This document shows positions 51,760 to 61,269 of a stretch of DNA of 64,000 nucleotides, piece by piece. The DNA is taken from assembly GCA_963769935.1 (NCBI GenBank), contig CAVYNY010000013.1:512001-576000 (forward strand), read 5' to 3'. Source of the stretch: an uncultured delta proteobacterium. GTDB taxonomy: Bacteria > Desulfobacterota > Desulfobacteria > Desulfobacterales > JAFDCJ01. Numbering within the stretch: the first letter of the stretch is position 1; each line of letters opens with the position of its first letter. Below the pieces are notes generated by a model. That model saw nothing but the letters and a program-made list of their open reading frames with translations, had not been told where the DNA came from and made no database searches. Position numbers and translations under genes: made by a program.

Positions 51760-53659
51760 CTTATATTTCGTATATCGAAAATATTTTAATTTTAATTCAA
51801 GCTATATTTATCAAAAATTCAGTTACGTACCTTCAAACAACCACCATTGATCATGTAAATTTTTATAAGCCGAACTCGGTACCTCAACTAGCTCGCAGAC
51901 TTTTATATGCATATCGCTAAGCCCTTGCACATCTACCTGGATTGCAACTTTATTTCTGAGGATTACTGACAGGTGAATATCTCGACAAAAATAGCGAATA
52001 TTATTCCAGGTCGGCTTTTTGGTATTCATTTTCTGGGGCAGTATCGGAAGTTTTTCTATCTGCTGCTTTGTCATATTCAATCGTATATTTCTTTCAATAA
52101 GAGATACGATCATCAGTGCAAAAAAATAAAGCAGCAATACGGCTTCAATCCGCCTTTCCTTTTTAAGAAAGACCGGGGCAACATCTAATATTGACTTTTT
52201 GGTATACATCCTTTTTTCAAGATAGGCTTGACGTTTGTACATTCTGAGCACTTCGCCGGCATCCAACAAGTGATTATTGGTGATAAGAGGGAACAGCCCG
52301 TCTGTTTTTGATTCGTCTATAACGGCTTGTTCATTTATCTTCCATTCAAGTCCATAATTAAATGACCATTTATTTTCATAAATTGGATCGCCTGATTGCC
52401 GCTTGGTTGATGGGATTCTCTTGCAAATCTGCTTGCGACCTTTTGTGATTTTTACATCGATTAACCCTTGTACTGGCTTACAGATTGTATTAACCGCTTT
52501 GCTAATCTGTTTTTGTGTTTTGAAGTGATACGCGTTAAGCTTTGGTATCAGTTCTTCCATCGCCTGTTGGGCTTTTTCTATCTGCTTGCGCCTTCTATTT
52601 TTTTCATCCTGATCCTTAGAACTGGAATGCACCCATATAACTCGATAGCCTTTTTTGTTTTTGCCAGCCTCATATGTTCTATACTTATTGGCTTGTTGTT
52701 TTTTGCGAGAATGTTGGATTTCAAAAGCATCTTCCCATTCAACCTCATTGGTTTTAATATATTGCATAAAGCTTGTTGATTCTTTATGAAATTTTGGGAT
52801 GATGGTAATGAAGTAGCCGTTATTTTCATCAATGTATGCCAGATTTTTGTTGCTGCATAATTTACAGTCGGCGATGTAAATAAAGTCTTCTTTGCGTATC
52901 AAGGCACGCAGTTGATTCCAGTTTGGAATATGAGTTGTGTCATCATCTTGGTTGCCATTATAAGCCTTGTAGCTGAGCGGGACATGACCGTCAGCAGTGA
53001 TGTTCAGACCAAAAACAATCTGCTTGCAGTCCGGACGAAAATCCTTATTATGCCCATGCTTGAGTTGAACTGCATCCGGGTCAGCGGTTGCGTATTGGCC
53101 TTTGAATGTAACCGTGGTGCTGTCATTATGGATCTCATCTGTCAGCAGTTTGTGCAGTTTAATGGCATTGCATGATACCTCGGTCATTAACGAGTGCCGA
53201 TCTGCCTGGAAAAGTGCGCAAAGAGACCTTCCTAAGCGATCATCGTTAAACTTGTCGGCATTTACGGATTCATTTGTCAGTCCGTCGGCATATCTTGCCA
53301 GCCACTCTTGAACTTTGTATAGTGGCTTGTTGTCACAGATAATATTAGCGGTAATAATGCACAGACTTTCCGCATGCTCGGCCAGGCAACTGTTAGAGGC
53401 TGGAACATATTTTTTAAATAAGTTATACAGATCAAGCGAGCTCATATAATGCTTGACCATTGGTAAAACATCGACCTGTTTGAACCGCGTCTCAAATTGC
53501 TTCATAAACGCCTCCTATTTGGCTGATATAAGGCGTTATAAAACAATTAAAGGGCAATGTCTAGATTTTTTTATTTGTTGTAATATAAGCAAGTTAGGGT
53601 GATTATTGGCGATAACTGCATAAATTCTGAAATTTAATTTTACAGGCGCGAAATGTAGG
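51760..53659 (-). mobile_element. IS1634-family insertion sequence (1900 bp)
   Basis: Ends CTTATATTTCG / CGAAATGTAGG (9/11 inverted match); flanked by TTCTAA at 51754-51759 and 53660-53665; AT-rich. Confidence 0.85.
51823..53505 (-). CDS. IS1634-family DDE transposase
   Basis: NDDRLGR.L, HNDSTT, GHNKD.RPD.KQ, YIADCK, FPLITN, Y..Q..LEKR...KK. Confidence 0.88.
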   Translation of the reverse strand: MKQFETRFKQVDVLPMVKHYMSSLDLYNLFKKYVPASNSCLAEHAESLCIITANIICDNKPLYKVQEWLARYADGLTNESVNADKFNDDRLGRSLCALFQADRHSLMTEVSCNAIKLHKLLTDEIHNDSTTVTFKGQYATADPDAVQLKHGHNKDFRPDCKQIVFGLNITADGHVPLSYKAYNGNQDDDTTHIPNWNQLRALIRKEDFIYIADCKLCSNKNLAYIDENNGYFITIIPKFHKESTSFMQYIKTNEVEWEDAFEIQHSRKKQQANKYRTYEAGKNKKGYRVIWVHSSSKDQDEKNRRRKQIEKAQQAMEELIPKLNAYHFKTQKQISKAVNTICKPVQGLIDVKITKGRKQICKRIPSTKRQSGDPIYENKWSFNYGLEWKINEQAVIDESKTDGLFPLITNNHLLDAGEVLRMYKRQAYLEKRMYTKKSILDVAPVFLKKERRIEAVLLLYFFALMIVSLIERNIRLNMTKQQIEKLPILPQKMNTKKPTWNNIRYFCRDIHLSVILRNKVAIQVDVQGLSDMHIKVCELVEVPSSAYKNLHDQWWLFEGT

Positions 53660-53756
53660 TTCTAAGGCCTAAAATCGCCCCCGCATTTAAGCTCATGTCT
53701 TATTTGGCGCCGATCTAACGTGGTCCGACCCAGGTTTGGACAGGTTTGGGGGATCG

Positions 53757-54065
53757 CTAAGACGGCAGCGGTGCAAGGTGGTAGCGTTCAAGGTGCTTTT
53801 TCCCGTCGGATGATGTAATCACCAGCAACCGGTCCCCCGCTTGAAGGAGGGTGTCCCGATGGGGCAAACGAATCTGCCCATCGCGCAAAATAGCGATAAG
53901 TTCAAATTCGCCTCCCAGTTCTTCCGAAGAACCGAATTGGGCTGGTTTGCCAACCCAGGTACTTTCCGGCCTAAGGATGCCGATAGCCAACTGCTTTCCC
54001 TCCGACAGGTTTACAGCTACCCCCGATTTCAAGAGTGTCATAAGGTCCAGATGACAAACCTTGTT
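53757..54065 (-). pseudogene. C-terminal TrkA-C (RCK_C) domain fragment
   Basis: S.WVGK, LIAILRDG....P..DT.LQAGDRLLVI; cut off upstream near a GGGGAC motif (~54074). Confidence 0.55.
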
Positions 54066-54144
54066 GGAGAAATGGGGACGTCCGTTCTATTCCTATATTT
54101 GAGCTAAATAGACAAAAATTATGAGATCTGATAGATAAACGCCA

Positions 54145-54300
54145 TATCTAGGAAAGCTTGGATGGATGCTCAAGGTGCTCAGCATCATTTTGTTATCCAA
54201 AGAATGGAACGCAAAGCGATCTTTTAAGACGCTGACACTGGTAACAATTTTGTAATATGCTTTGGATGCAATCCGGACAGAGTATCTCACGGGCTCTCTT
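54145..54300 (+). pseudogene. Degenerate N-terminus of a RAYT/IS200-like Y1 transposase
   Basis: ISRKAWMDAQGAQHHFVIQRMERKAIF*DADTGNNF resembles the family start MPRKARIDAPGALHH..RGIER..IF. Confidence 0.55.
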
Positions 54301-54456
54301 TCCTGTGGCAGATGAAGGCTCGGCATCCGGTACCTTCAGGCCTCGGGGAAGGCCTTGTGACCTACAAAGACAATTGATCGAGGGGCGAAGCGAACTGCCC
54401 GTATTTCAGACTAAATGAAAGACGATACGAAAAATCCGAACAGAGAGCGAGGTGAC

Positions 54457-55665
54457 ATGATGTCGAAACAGACTTACAAGTATATTGTAGTCGGCGCTGG
54501 CTTAGCAGGTGCGTCGGCGGTGGAAGGGATCCGGAAACATGACAAATCTGGATCTATACTGCTGATCGGTGAAGAGCAGCATCTACCATACAACCGTCCG
54601 CCCCTGTCCAAGGAATTATGGTTCGGGAAGAAGAAAATCGATGACATTTTCGTGCACCGGCAGGATTTCTACGATCAAATGGGAGTGAAGTTGGCTCTCG
54701 GAACTAAGGCGGTGAGGCTTGAAATCGATCAAAAAAATATCCTCGCCAAGGGAGGAAAAAGTTATCACTACGACAAATTATTGTTGGCTACGGGCGGAAG
54801 ACCGAAGGCCTTGCCTATTCCCGGCGGGGAACTCGACAGTATCTGCTACTACCGCTATCTCGATGATTATCAGCGCATAAAGCAAGAAGCAAAGGACGGG
54901 CGGTCGGTTATCATCTTGGGAGGGGGATTTATTGGATCGGAAATGGCTGCGGCACTCCGCATCAATAAATTGAAGGTAACGATGGTGTTCCCTGCCGATC
55001 GCCTTTGTAGCCGCGTATTTCCTGAGTCACTTGCGCGTGCTGTGACACAGAGATACCTGAGTGCAGGCATAGAGATTTCAGCAGAGGATACGCCCGCCTC
55101 AATAAGCAGAAGGAAAGACGTGTTTGTGGTTCAAACGACAAAGGGCCGGCAGATTGAATCGGATATCATCATAGCCGGCATAGGGATCGTGCCGGAAACG
55201 AAATTGGCTGAAGAAGCCAACCTGGAATTATCGAACGGTATTGTCGTGGACCAATACCTTAGGACATCGAACCCCGATATCTACGCGGCGGGAGACAGTG
55301 CCGTTTTCCCGTACCCGGCCCTTGGACTGACAATGCGCGTGGAACATTGGGACAATGCTATAAACCAGGGAAGATCGGCCGGAGAAAACATGGCAGGCAG
55401 TCAGCAGCCTTATACCTATATGCCATATTTCTTTTCGGATCTATTTGAATTTGGCTACGAGGCGGTTGGACAGGTTGATTCGAGGCTGGATACGTTTGCG
55501 GACTGGAAGAGAGAAAATGAGGCAGGCGTCATATACTACCTGAAAGATCAGAGAATCAGAGGAGTGATGTTGTGCAATGTCTGGAAGAAGGTAGAAGTGG
55601 CTCGCGAACTGATTCGAAGGGCAGACTTGGCGACCCCCGAAAACCTGAAAGGTCTGATCCGCTAG
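54457..55665 (+). CDS. FAD/NAD(P)H-dependent oxidoreductase (ferredoxin reductase/AIF-like)
   Basis: GAGLAG, PYNRPPLSK, LLLATGG, GGGFIGSE, AAGD, RVEHWDNA, PYFFSD. Confidence 0.88.
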   Translation: MMSKQTYKYIVVGAGLAGASAVEGIRKHDKSGSILLIGEEQHLPYNRPPLSKELWFGKKKIDDIFVHRQDFYDQMGVKLALGTKAVRLEIDQKNILAKGGKSYHYDKLLLATGGRPKALPIPGGELDSICYYRYLDDYQRIKQEAKDGRSVIILGGGFIGSEMAAALRINKLKVTMVFPADRLCSRVFPESLARAVTQRYLSAGIEISAEDTPASISRRKDVFVVQTTKGRQIESDIIIAGIGIVPETKLAEEANLELSNGIVVDQYLRTSNPDIYAAGDSAVFPYPALGLTMRVEHWDNAINQGRSAGENMAGSQQPYTYMPYFFSDLFEFGYEAVGQVDSRLDTFADWKRENEAGVIYYLKDQRIRGVMLCNVWKKVEVARELIRRADLATPENLKGLIR

Positions 55666-55687
55666 CCGGGAATTTGCAGCAAATTTG

Positions 55688-56277
55688 GGGACGAGCCAAG
55701 TTTACAGGCTATAAATATTGAGAATGAGCTTACTTATACCCCTGAAAACAGGGCTATATTGAGCTTTTTGGAGCAAAAAACAGCGATATAGAAATGGCAA
55801 GAGCGAAAAGGCATTACATAATCGACCTTAATATGGTGAGGGCGGGAGTCGTAAAACATCCAAGCGAGTGGTCATATTCAGGCTACAATGAAATTCAGCA
55901 ACCAAAACGAAAAAAGATTCTGATCAACTACGAAAAGTTAAAAGAACTCCTTGGATTTGATTCTTACGAGCATGTGAAAACGGCTCACAAGCAATGGGTG
56001 GAAAGCTGCCTTTCTGATGGTGATAATTTCCGTGACGGTAAATGGACAGAGAGCATCGCTGTTGGGAGTGAATCTTTTATTCAAAATGTAAAAGTGCTGA
56101 TGGGTGCCATGGCATTGGGACGAAAGGTCCTTGAAACGGGAGAATCGTTTCAACTTAAAGAAGTGCAATATCCCTATATAGCCCATTTTGGGGCGAAAAA
56201 GAGCGAAATAGGCGACCAAAACACCTATGTTTGGGATCAAAACTTTGAAAATGCAACGACGTAGCTTGGCCCGTCCC
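55688..56277 (+). mobile_element. Non-autonomous RAYT-type element with terminal inverted repeats; internally deleted transposase ORF 55794-56264
   Basis: GGGACGAGCCAAG / CTTGGCCCGTCCC (12/13); MARAKRHYI joined directly to IDLNMVRAGVVKHPSEW, with no HUH motif. Confidence 0.7.
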
Positions 56278-56435
56278 TGAGGGCTGGTGGTCGGGCTTTG
56301 AGAAGGAGCTCGTTATGTCGATCCGCATAACACGCCAAGATTAATGGCGGGCAAAGAGCAACAAATTGAAAACACGAGTTTTAGATTATAGAATCATACT
56401 AGAGTGATGAGATCAACAACAAGAAGGTATCAAAA

Positions 56436-57638
56436 ATGAAAAATTGGCTGACAATGATAATTATGCTTGCCGTGCTAACCCAGTTTGTTGCCTGCAGTGG
56501 CTCGAATGGCTCCTCCACCTCAACAGACGCAAATAAGTATTCTATTGCGTCCAACTGGCAAACTCTCCCGGAGAGTGCGTCACAACCCGTAGATGTATTC
56601 TTCTTCTATCCCACAACCTACTTCCCAGATCCGGACAACAACGGCCCTGAATACTCTGCGGGTTGGAACCAGACCATTGAGCAAGCCCAGGCAGATCCAG
56701 CAATTCAAGCTCAGGTCGATTCTAAATCAAGCGTCTTCTACGAAGCGGGCACCAACCTGTACGTACCGTATTACCAGCAGGCTGCGGGCATCGATATTCT
56801 TGAGGCGCTACTTTGGAAAACAAAACCAACAAACAAGGATGCCGCAACCACGGCGTTGGAAATCGCGTACAAGGATGTTGAGAACGCATTCGATTACTAT
56901 ATGGCTCACTACAACAAAGACTCCAATCATAAGCCGCGCCCGTTTATTCTCGCAGGCCACAGTCAGGGCTCCAACCTGCTGCTCATGCTTTTAGAGAGGA
57001 GGTTCTCGGATGCAGCCCTCCGCGCGCAACTGGTTGCCGCCTATGTGATTGGCTGGTCAGTCACCGAGGATGACATGGCAAACTACCCCGCTCTCGCGCA
57101 ACTCGGCATCTGCAGCAGCAAGACGCAAACCGGATGCATCGTCACGTACAATACGCAGCAAAATCCAGGGGATTTTTCACAAACTCTCCCTTTCCCGACC
57201 GGGATTGTGCAAGCGAACGCATACAGTGTCAACCCGTTGACCTGGGTTGCAAGCAATCCGAACGAAATGGAGCCCACCGCCGCTGCCGCCACCGCAAATC
57301 TCGGGGCTCTCTTCATGAGTTAGGAGTTTCAGCCGCCCGTAAAGCCCCAACTGGGACCTCCCCCAGACACCAAAGTTCCACCCAATTGGGAAAATTATTT
57401 CATTGGTGGCGTCGATGTCTCCGCCGTAGTGATCGTCGACTACACCGGCGCGCAAAACAATGATGGCGCTTTAGTGATTGACCCATTCGCGTTGCCAGTA
57501 CCCGGAGACTACGGGAACCTAAACTTCCCCTACGATGATATACCGGGTTGGTATCACAGCTACGATTATAGTTTCTTCTTTTTCAACCTTGAACAGAACG
57601 TCATCGATCGGATCGCATCTTATAACGCCAGCCGATAA
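56436..57638 (+). pseudogene. DUF3089-like lipoprotein esterase with in-frame TAG at 57321
   Basis: Lipobox FVAC, DVFFFYPT, AF..Y, LAGHSQG; same frame continues to WYHSYDY...NLEQNV.DRI. Confidence 0.75.
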
Positions 57639-57910
57639 CCGAGGACAAAGAATGATGGGGACATCCCCATTTTAGGGGATTGGAAGTTCGAGTAAAAATA
57701 AGGGGCAGACCACGAATTCCCCTATTCCTGATACTCTTTTTGTTTCCTTGGCCTGCCTGGTGCACCAGGTATTACTTGTTGCCCAAACGGTCGGACAATT
57801 TTAAAATTTTAAAACCTGTCTGCGAGATTCTGCGTGTGCTTGGCATGGGCGATTTTCGCCAATTCGCAAGCCTTGCTCAAACCTTCGCGGCGACGAGATC
57901 CGTCATGGGG

Positions 57911-58636
57911 TCGCCCATTAAAGGGCGTGTCAAGAAAAAAAATACCTCCCCACAGAAAAAACATGCTGTTTTTTCTTTACACTTAATCGGTTGTCGACTC
58001 GGTCTTAAGCTGCTGATTATTTTGTTTCGCGCCCGTTATTTCCGTTTATGGTCCGCGTGGTCTTTGACCCGCATCAGTCACCCATCTGGTTCAAGGCGAT
58101 TGTGTTATTAGCTCAAATAACACAGGCCCCTTCCGCATTGGCGGACCAGAAAATCATCGGTGCCATGCCGGTTCCAATTGTATCATTGCAGATCATGTGG
58201 TTATGAACCAACCCCTTTGCGGCTGCCGGCATAGGCGAATCAAAATAATAAACAGGTTATGGGTGCAGCAAGTTCCAATCAGACCAGTTGGATTAATACC
58301 AAACCCCAGAGCGGTTCTATGCTGCACCCAAAAGCATTATTGGAACAACTTGTCCTTATCAAAGGCTACCTGATCGCGCATGATGTAATAAGTTGCTTTT
58401 GTCAGTTTGTTGGCTAAGGCTTTGGTAGCAAGGACCCGTTCGCTTTTGGCCAATTTACGTTGAAAAAATTTCTGGGCTTTCGGGCAGCATCGAATGGCAT
58501 GGTTTGCCGCTTCAACATAGGCCCAGGCCAGATAACGGTTTCCGTTTTTCTTATTGTTTTCGCCTTTTTTCTTGCCATTGGAAATTTTTTTACTTTCAAC
58601 GCAGCGGCAATAGGAAGAGTAGTTGCCAACTTTGGG
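57911..58636 (-). mobile_element. IS110-family (IS1111-like) remnant: transposase C-terminus (58636-58337) plus ~420-bp 3' non-coding end
   Basis: Hand translation PKVGNYSSYCRCVESKKISNGKKKGENNKKNGNRYLAWAYVEAA...KALANKL.KA.YYIMRD; outward TTGACA near the end; end ...AATGGG joined to CGACCCC. Confidence 0.8.
58060..58330 (-). ncRNA. Putative bridge/seekRNA of the IS110 remnant
   Basis: Two tandem stem, internal-loop, hairpin units (58260-58330; 58162-58236) and a segment ATGGGTGAC matching the IS end ATGGGCGAC. Confidence 0.55.
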
Positions 58637-58648
58637 GGGTCAGGGGGG

Positions 58649-59015
58649 GGGTCGGGGGCCACGGCAAGTAATTGACATTGCATAAAAAAAGGCCTAAAAA
58701 AGGCCCAGAATCAGTCTTAATCGACCGATTTTGATCAAATACTGGCCATTTAAAAGATTCGACGAAAAAAGGCTTTGGTTTTAGGGCAAAATGCAGAAAG
58801 ATAATTTCTGATGATGATACCTTTGGACTTCAGGAAGTGATCAAGTTGTTTGGAGAAATTTACTATTTGGATTCCGGAAACACATTCCTATAACATTTAA
58901 AACCACAACCGTTAATCGGGCAGTTTTTGCACAAAAATCGGCCGATTAAGATTGAAAAACCGGCGCTTTTAGGCGTCTATTATAGATTTTCCAATAAGTT
59001 ACTGTGGCCCGACCC
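58649..59015 (+). mobile_element. MITE-like RAYT derivative with ~100-bp imperfect terminal inverted repeats
   Basis: GGGTC..GGGCCAC...TCTTAATCG.CCGATTTT at both ends in inverted orientation; interior reads GFRAKCRKIISDDDTFGLQE...NTFL*, similar to the C-terminus of ORF 55794-56264. Confidence 0.7.
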
Positions 59016-59043
59016 TCTGGGAGCGTTGACCCTCTGGGAGCGT

Positions 59044-59356
59044 TTCTCGCCGGCGCGATGTTTCTGGCGCATGACCGGATCGATCTGATGGGCCCACTGA
59101 CGGTACAAATGACAAAACTGGCTGTATTGATAGCCCTGGGGAAATTGCTCTTTATATTCCTGCCACAGCCGCATCAGAGTAACACTTTTGTGGCGCAGCT
59201 GTTGCTGAATATAGGACCAGTCGGCAACAGCGCGCTGGTCCGCCGGCGCAGCGGGCAGCTGGGGATACAACCGTTGCTCCAGCTGGTTATCGTCGATATC
59301 AACCGGCAGGGGCCAGCTCAGGGCGGCCTGTTTAAAACGAAACAGATACTCGGCTA
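59044..59356 (-). pseudogene. IS21-family IstA transposase internal fragment
   Basis: LSWPLP, LE..LY, DW..I, VTL..LWQEY, GYQYSQFC, MRQ.H.AGEK. Confidence 0.85.
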
Positions 59357-59425
59357 GGAAAGGGTCTTGGACCCTCGAAAGCTCAACTGCCTGCACGGGA
59401 TCCGCAACGTTTAGGCTTATATCAC

Positions 59426-59869
59426 ATGCACGAAATAAGAACTGAAATTGAAATAGAATCAACGCCGGAAAGGGTCTGGTCAATTCTCGTTGACTTTGCC
59501 GCCCATACCCAGTGGAATCCATTTTTACGTTCAATCGAGGGAGTGGCAAAGAAGCGTGAGAAACTAAAGGTTTTCATTCAACCGGTAGGTGGTAAGGGAA
59601 TGACATTTCGTCCCACCGTGCTTGTTGCGATACCCAATCAGGAGTTGCGATGGCTTGGGCGGTTCCTTTTGCCAGGTCTATTTGATGGTGAACATTACTT
59701 CCAAATTGCACCCATTTCATCTGATCGAGTGCGCTTTATCCAAGGAGAAAAGTTCAGGGGAATCTTGATCGCGCTTTTCAAGTCGAGTCTCGATAGTGGA
59801 ACCAAGGCCGGTTTCGTGGCAATGAATCAGTCTCTAAAAGATCGGGCTGAAGGTGATGCTATCCCCTAA
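59426..59869 (+). CDS. SRPBCC (polyketide cyclase-like) domain protein, probable gene cassette
   Basis: IEIE..PERVW, WNPF, ELRWLG, LFDGEH.F, MNQ.LK.RAE; preceded by GTTTAGGC, stop lies within CCCTAAC. Confidence 0.85.
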   Translation: MHEIRTEIEIESTPERVWSILVDFAAHTQWNPFLRSIEGVAKKREKLKVFIQPVGGKGMTFRPTVLVAIPNQELRWLGRFLLPGLFDGEHYFQIAPISSDRVRFIQGEKFRGILIALFKSSLDSGTKAGFVAMNQSLKDRAEGDAIP

Positions 59870-59982
59870 CCATGCAGCCCGGGTGACAGCCAGGGCCGGG
59901 TAGTTTTATAATTTTATGGAATATTGCGGACGATGGAATATTGGGAACGGGTATTGATATATTGATTAATTAGCAACAAATC

Positions 59983-60111
59983 AGCCAACCAAAATGATTG
60001 AGCAGATGCCAAAAATCAGATTGTATTAAATCTGTTGCAATCTTTGGAATCGTATTTTTTATTTGAACTGATAGGCAATTAATCCGACCCTGCTCACCAT
60101 CGTCGTTATGA
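59983..60111 (+). other. attC-like site
   Basis: AGCCAAC ... ATGATTGAGCAG ... CTGCTCACCAT ... GTTATGA; same GAGCAG/CTGCTC L-box family as attC1 and attC2. Confidence 0.65.
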
Positions 60112-60565
60112 GTACAAAGACTATTATCTACAATAATGATGACATCGTTATTAAAAGGGATCCAAGGTTTCGTTACAGACTACTGTGCTCTGATTACGAG
60201 CTGATTTTCTATAATGATACTGTGACTGATAGAAATGAATCAGAAATCCTGTCTTCCAAGCCAAAACAATAAATGTGGTGGGATTTTAAACTATTTCTGA
60301 ATAAAACAGTATGAGGGTGCTTTATATCACGTATGGAGAAGAAAGGGGTCGTGTCTTGATTTGTTATTAAAAATGCCAGTCAATCACTAATCAAGATTTG
60401 ACTCCCAATTTCTACAGACGAAATTCTATCATGTTGCTAAAAAAGGGACGCCCGAGAGATAACCGTGTTTTCGCGCGACGAAGCCGTTTGCATGGCTACT
60501 GGAAAAAACTTGACACATGACCTTTTTAAGGACTATATTTGGTCATCATTTAAAGGAGGTGGCCG

Positions 60566-60841
60566 ATGTCCCTATCAAGTCAAATCAAGCCGATCAGCTA
60601 TCTGAAGGCGCATGCCTCCGAGATCGTGCGCAATATCGGAAAGCAGCAGGAGCCTTTGATCATCACCCAGAACGGCGAGGCCAAGGCGGTTGTGCAGGAT
60701 ATCGAAAGTTACGAGCAAACGCAGGAGGCGATGGCCCTGTTGAAAATTCTGGCGCTCGGCGGGCGTCAGATCGAAGAGGGTAAGGTTCAACCTGCTGCCG
60801 ATGTCGTCAAACGCCTGCGAAACAGGCGGGAGTCCCGCTGA
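60566..60841 (+). CDS. Phd/YefM family antitoxin
   Basis: QIKPISYLK, PLIITQNGEAKAV; TTGACA...TATATT promoter at ~60510. Confidence 0.9.
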   Translation: MSLSSQIKPISYLKAHASEIVRNIGKQQEPLIITQNGEAKAVVQDIESYEQTQEAMALLKILALGGRQIEEGKVQPAADVVKRLRNRRESR

Positions 60842-61167
60842 TGCATTTTTCTGTGCTGTTGACCGATGACGCGTCGCGTGACCTGGAAGATATTTACGAT
60901 TACATTGATCTGCACGATGGTCGAGGTAAGGCTGATCACGTTCTCAATCGAATCGAAAAAGCGTTCAACAGCCTGTCCGAGAATCCTGAGCGCGGAGCCT
61001 GCCCGAAGGAATTGCTTACCTTTGGATTGCGGGAGTTCCGCGAAATATTCTTTAAGCCCTACCGCATCATTTACCGGGTCATGGAAGACAAAGTCTATGT
61101 GCTCCTGATTGCCGATGGGCGTCGTGGCATGCAAAAGCTCTTGCAGCGGCGCCTGTTGCAGACATAA
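60841..61167 (+). CDS. RelE/ParE family toxin
   Basis: A.RDLEDIYDYI, PERG..PKEL, KPYRIIYR, DGRR. Confidence 0.9.
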   Translation: MHFSVLLTDDASRDLEDIYDYIDLHDGRGKADHVLNRIEKAFNSLSENPERGACPKELLTFGLREFREIFFKPYRIIYRVMEDKVYVLLIADGRRGMQKLLQRRLLQT

Positions 61168-61269
61168 GAACGCTGATTGTCTAGTCGGCGCCCTGGTCTT
61201 TCTGATCTGATATTTGTTATTTTTGTTATGCGCGCTGCTTTCCCCCCGAGATATTGAACCCTGCCTCCG

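Noticed and set aside
57680..58683. ORF-track proteins 57680-58111, 58414-58683 and 58460-58675
   Set aside because: They are off-frame or antisense readings of the IS110 remnant and its non-coding end.
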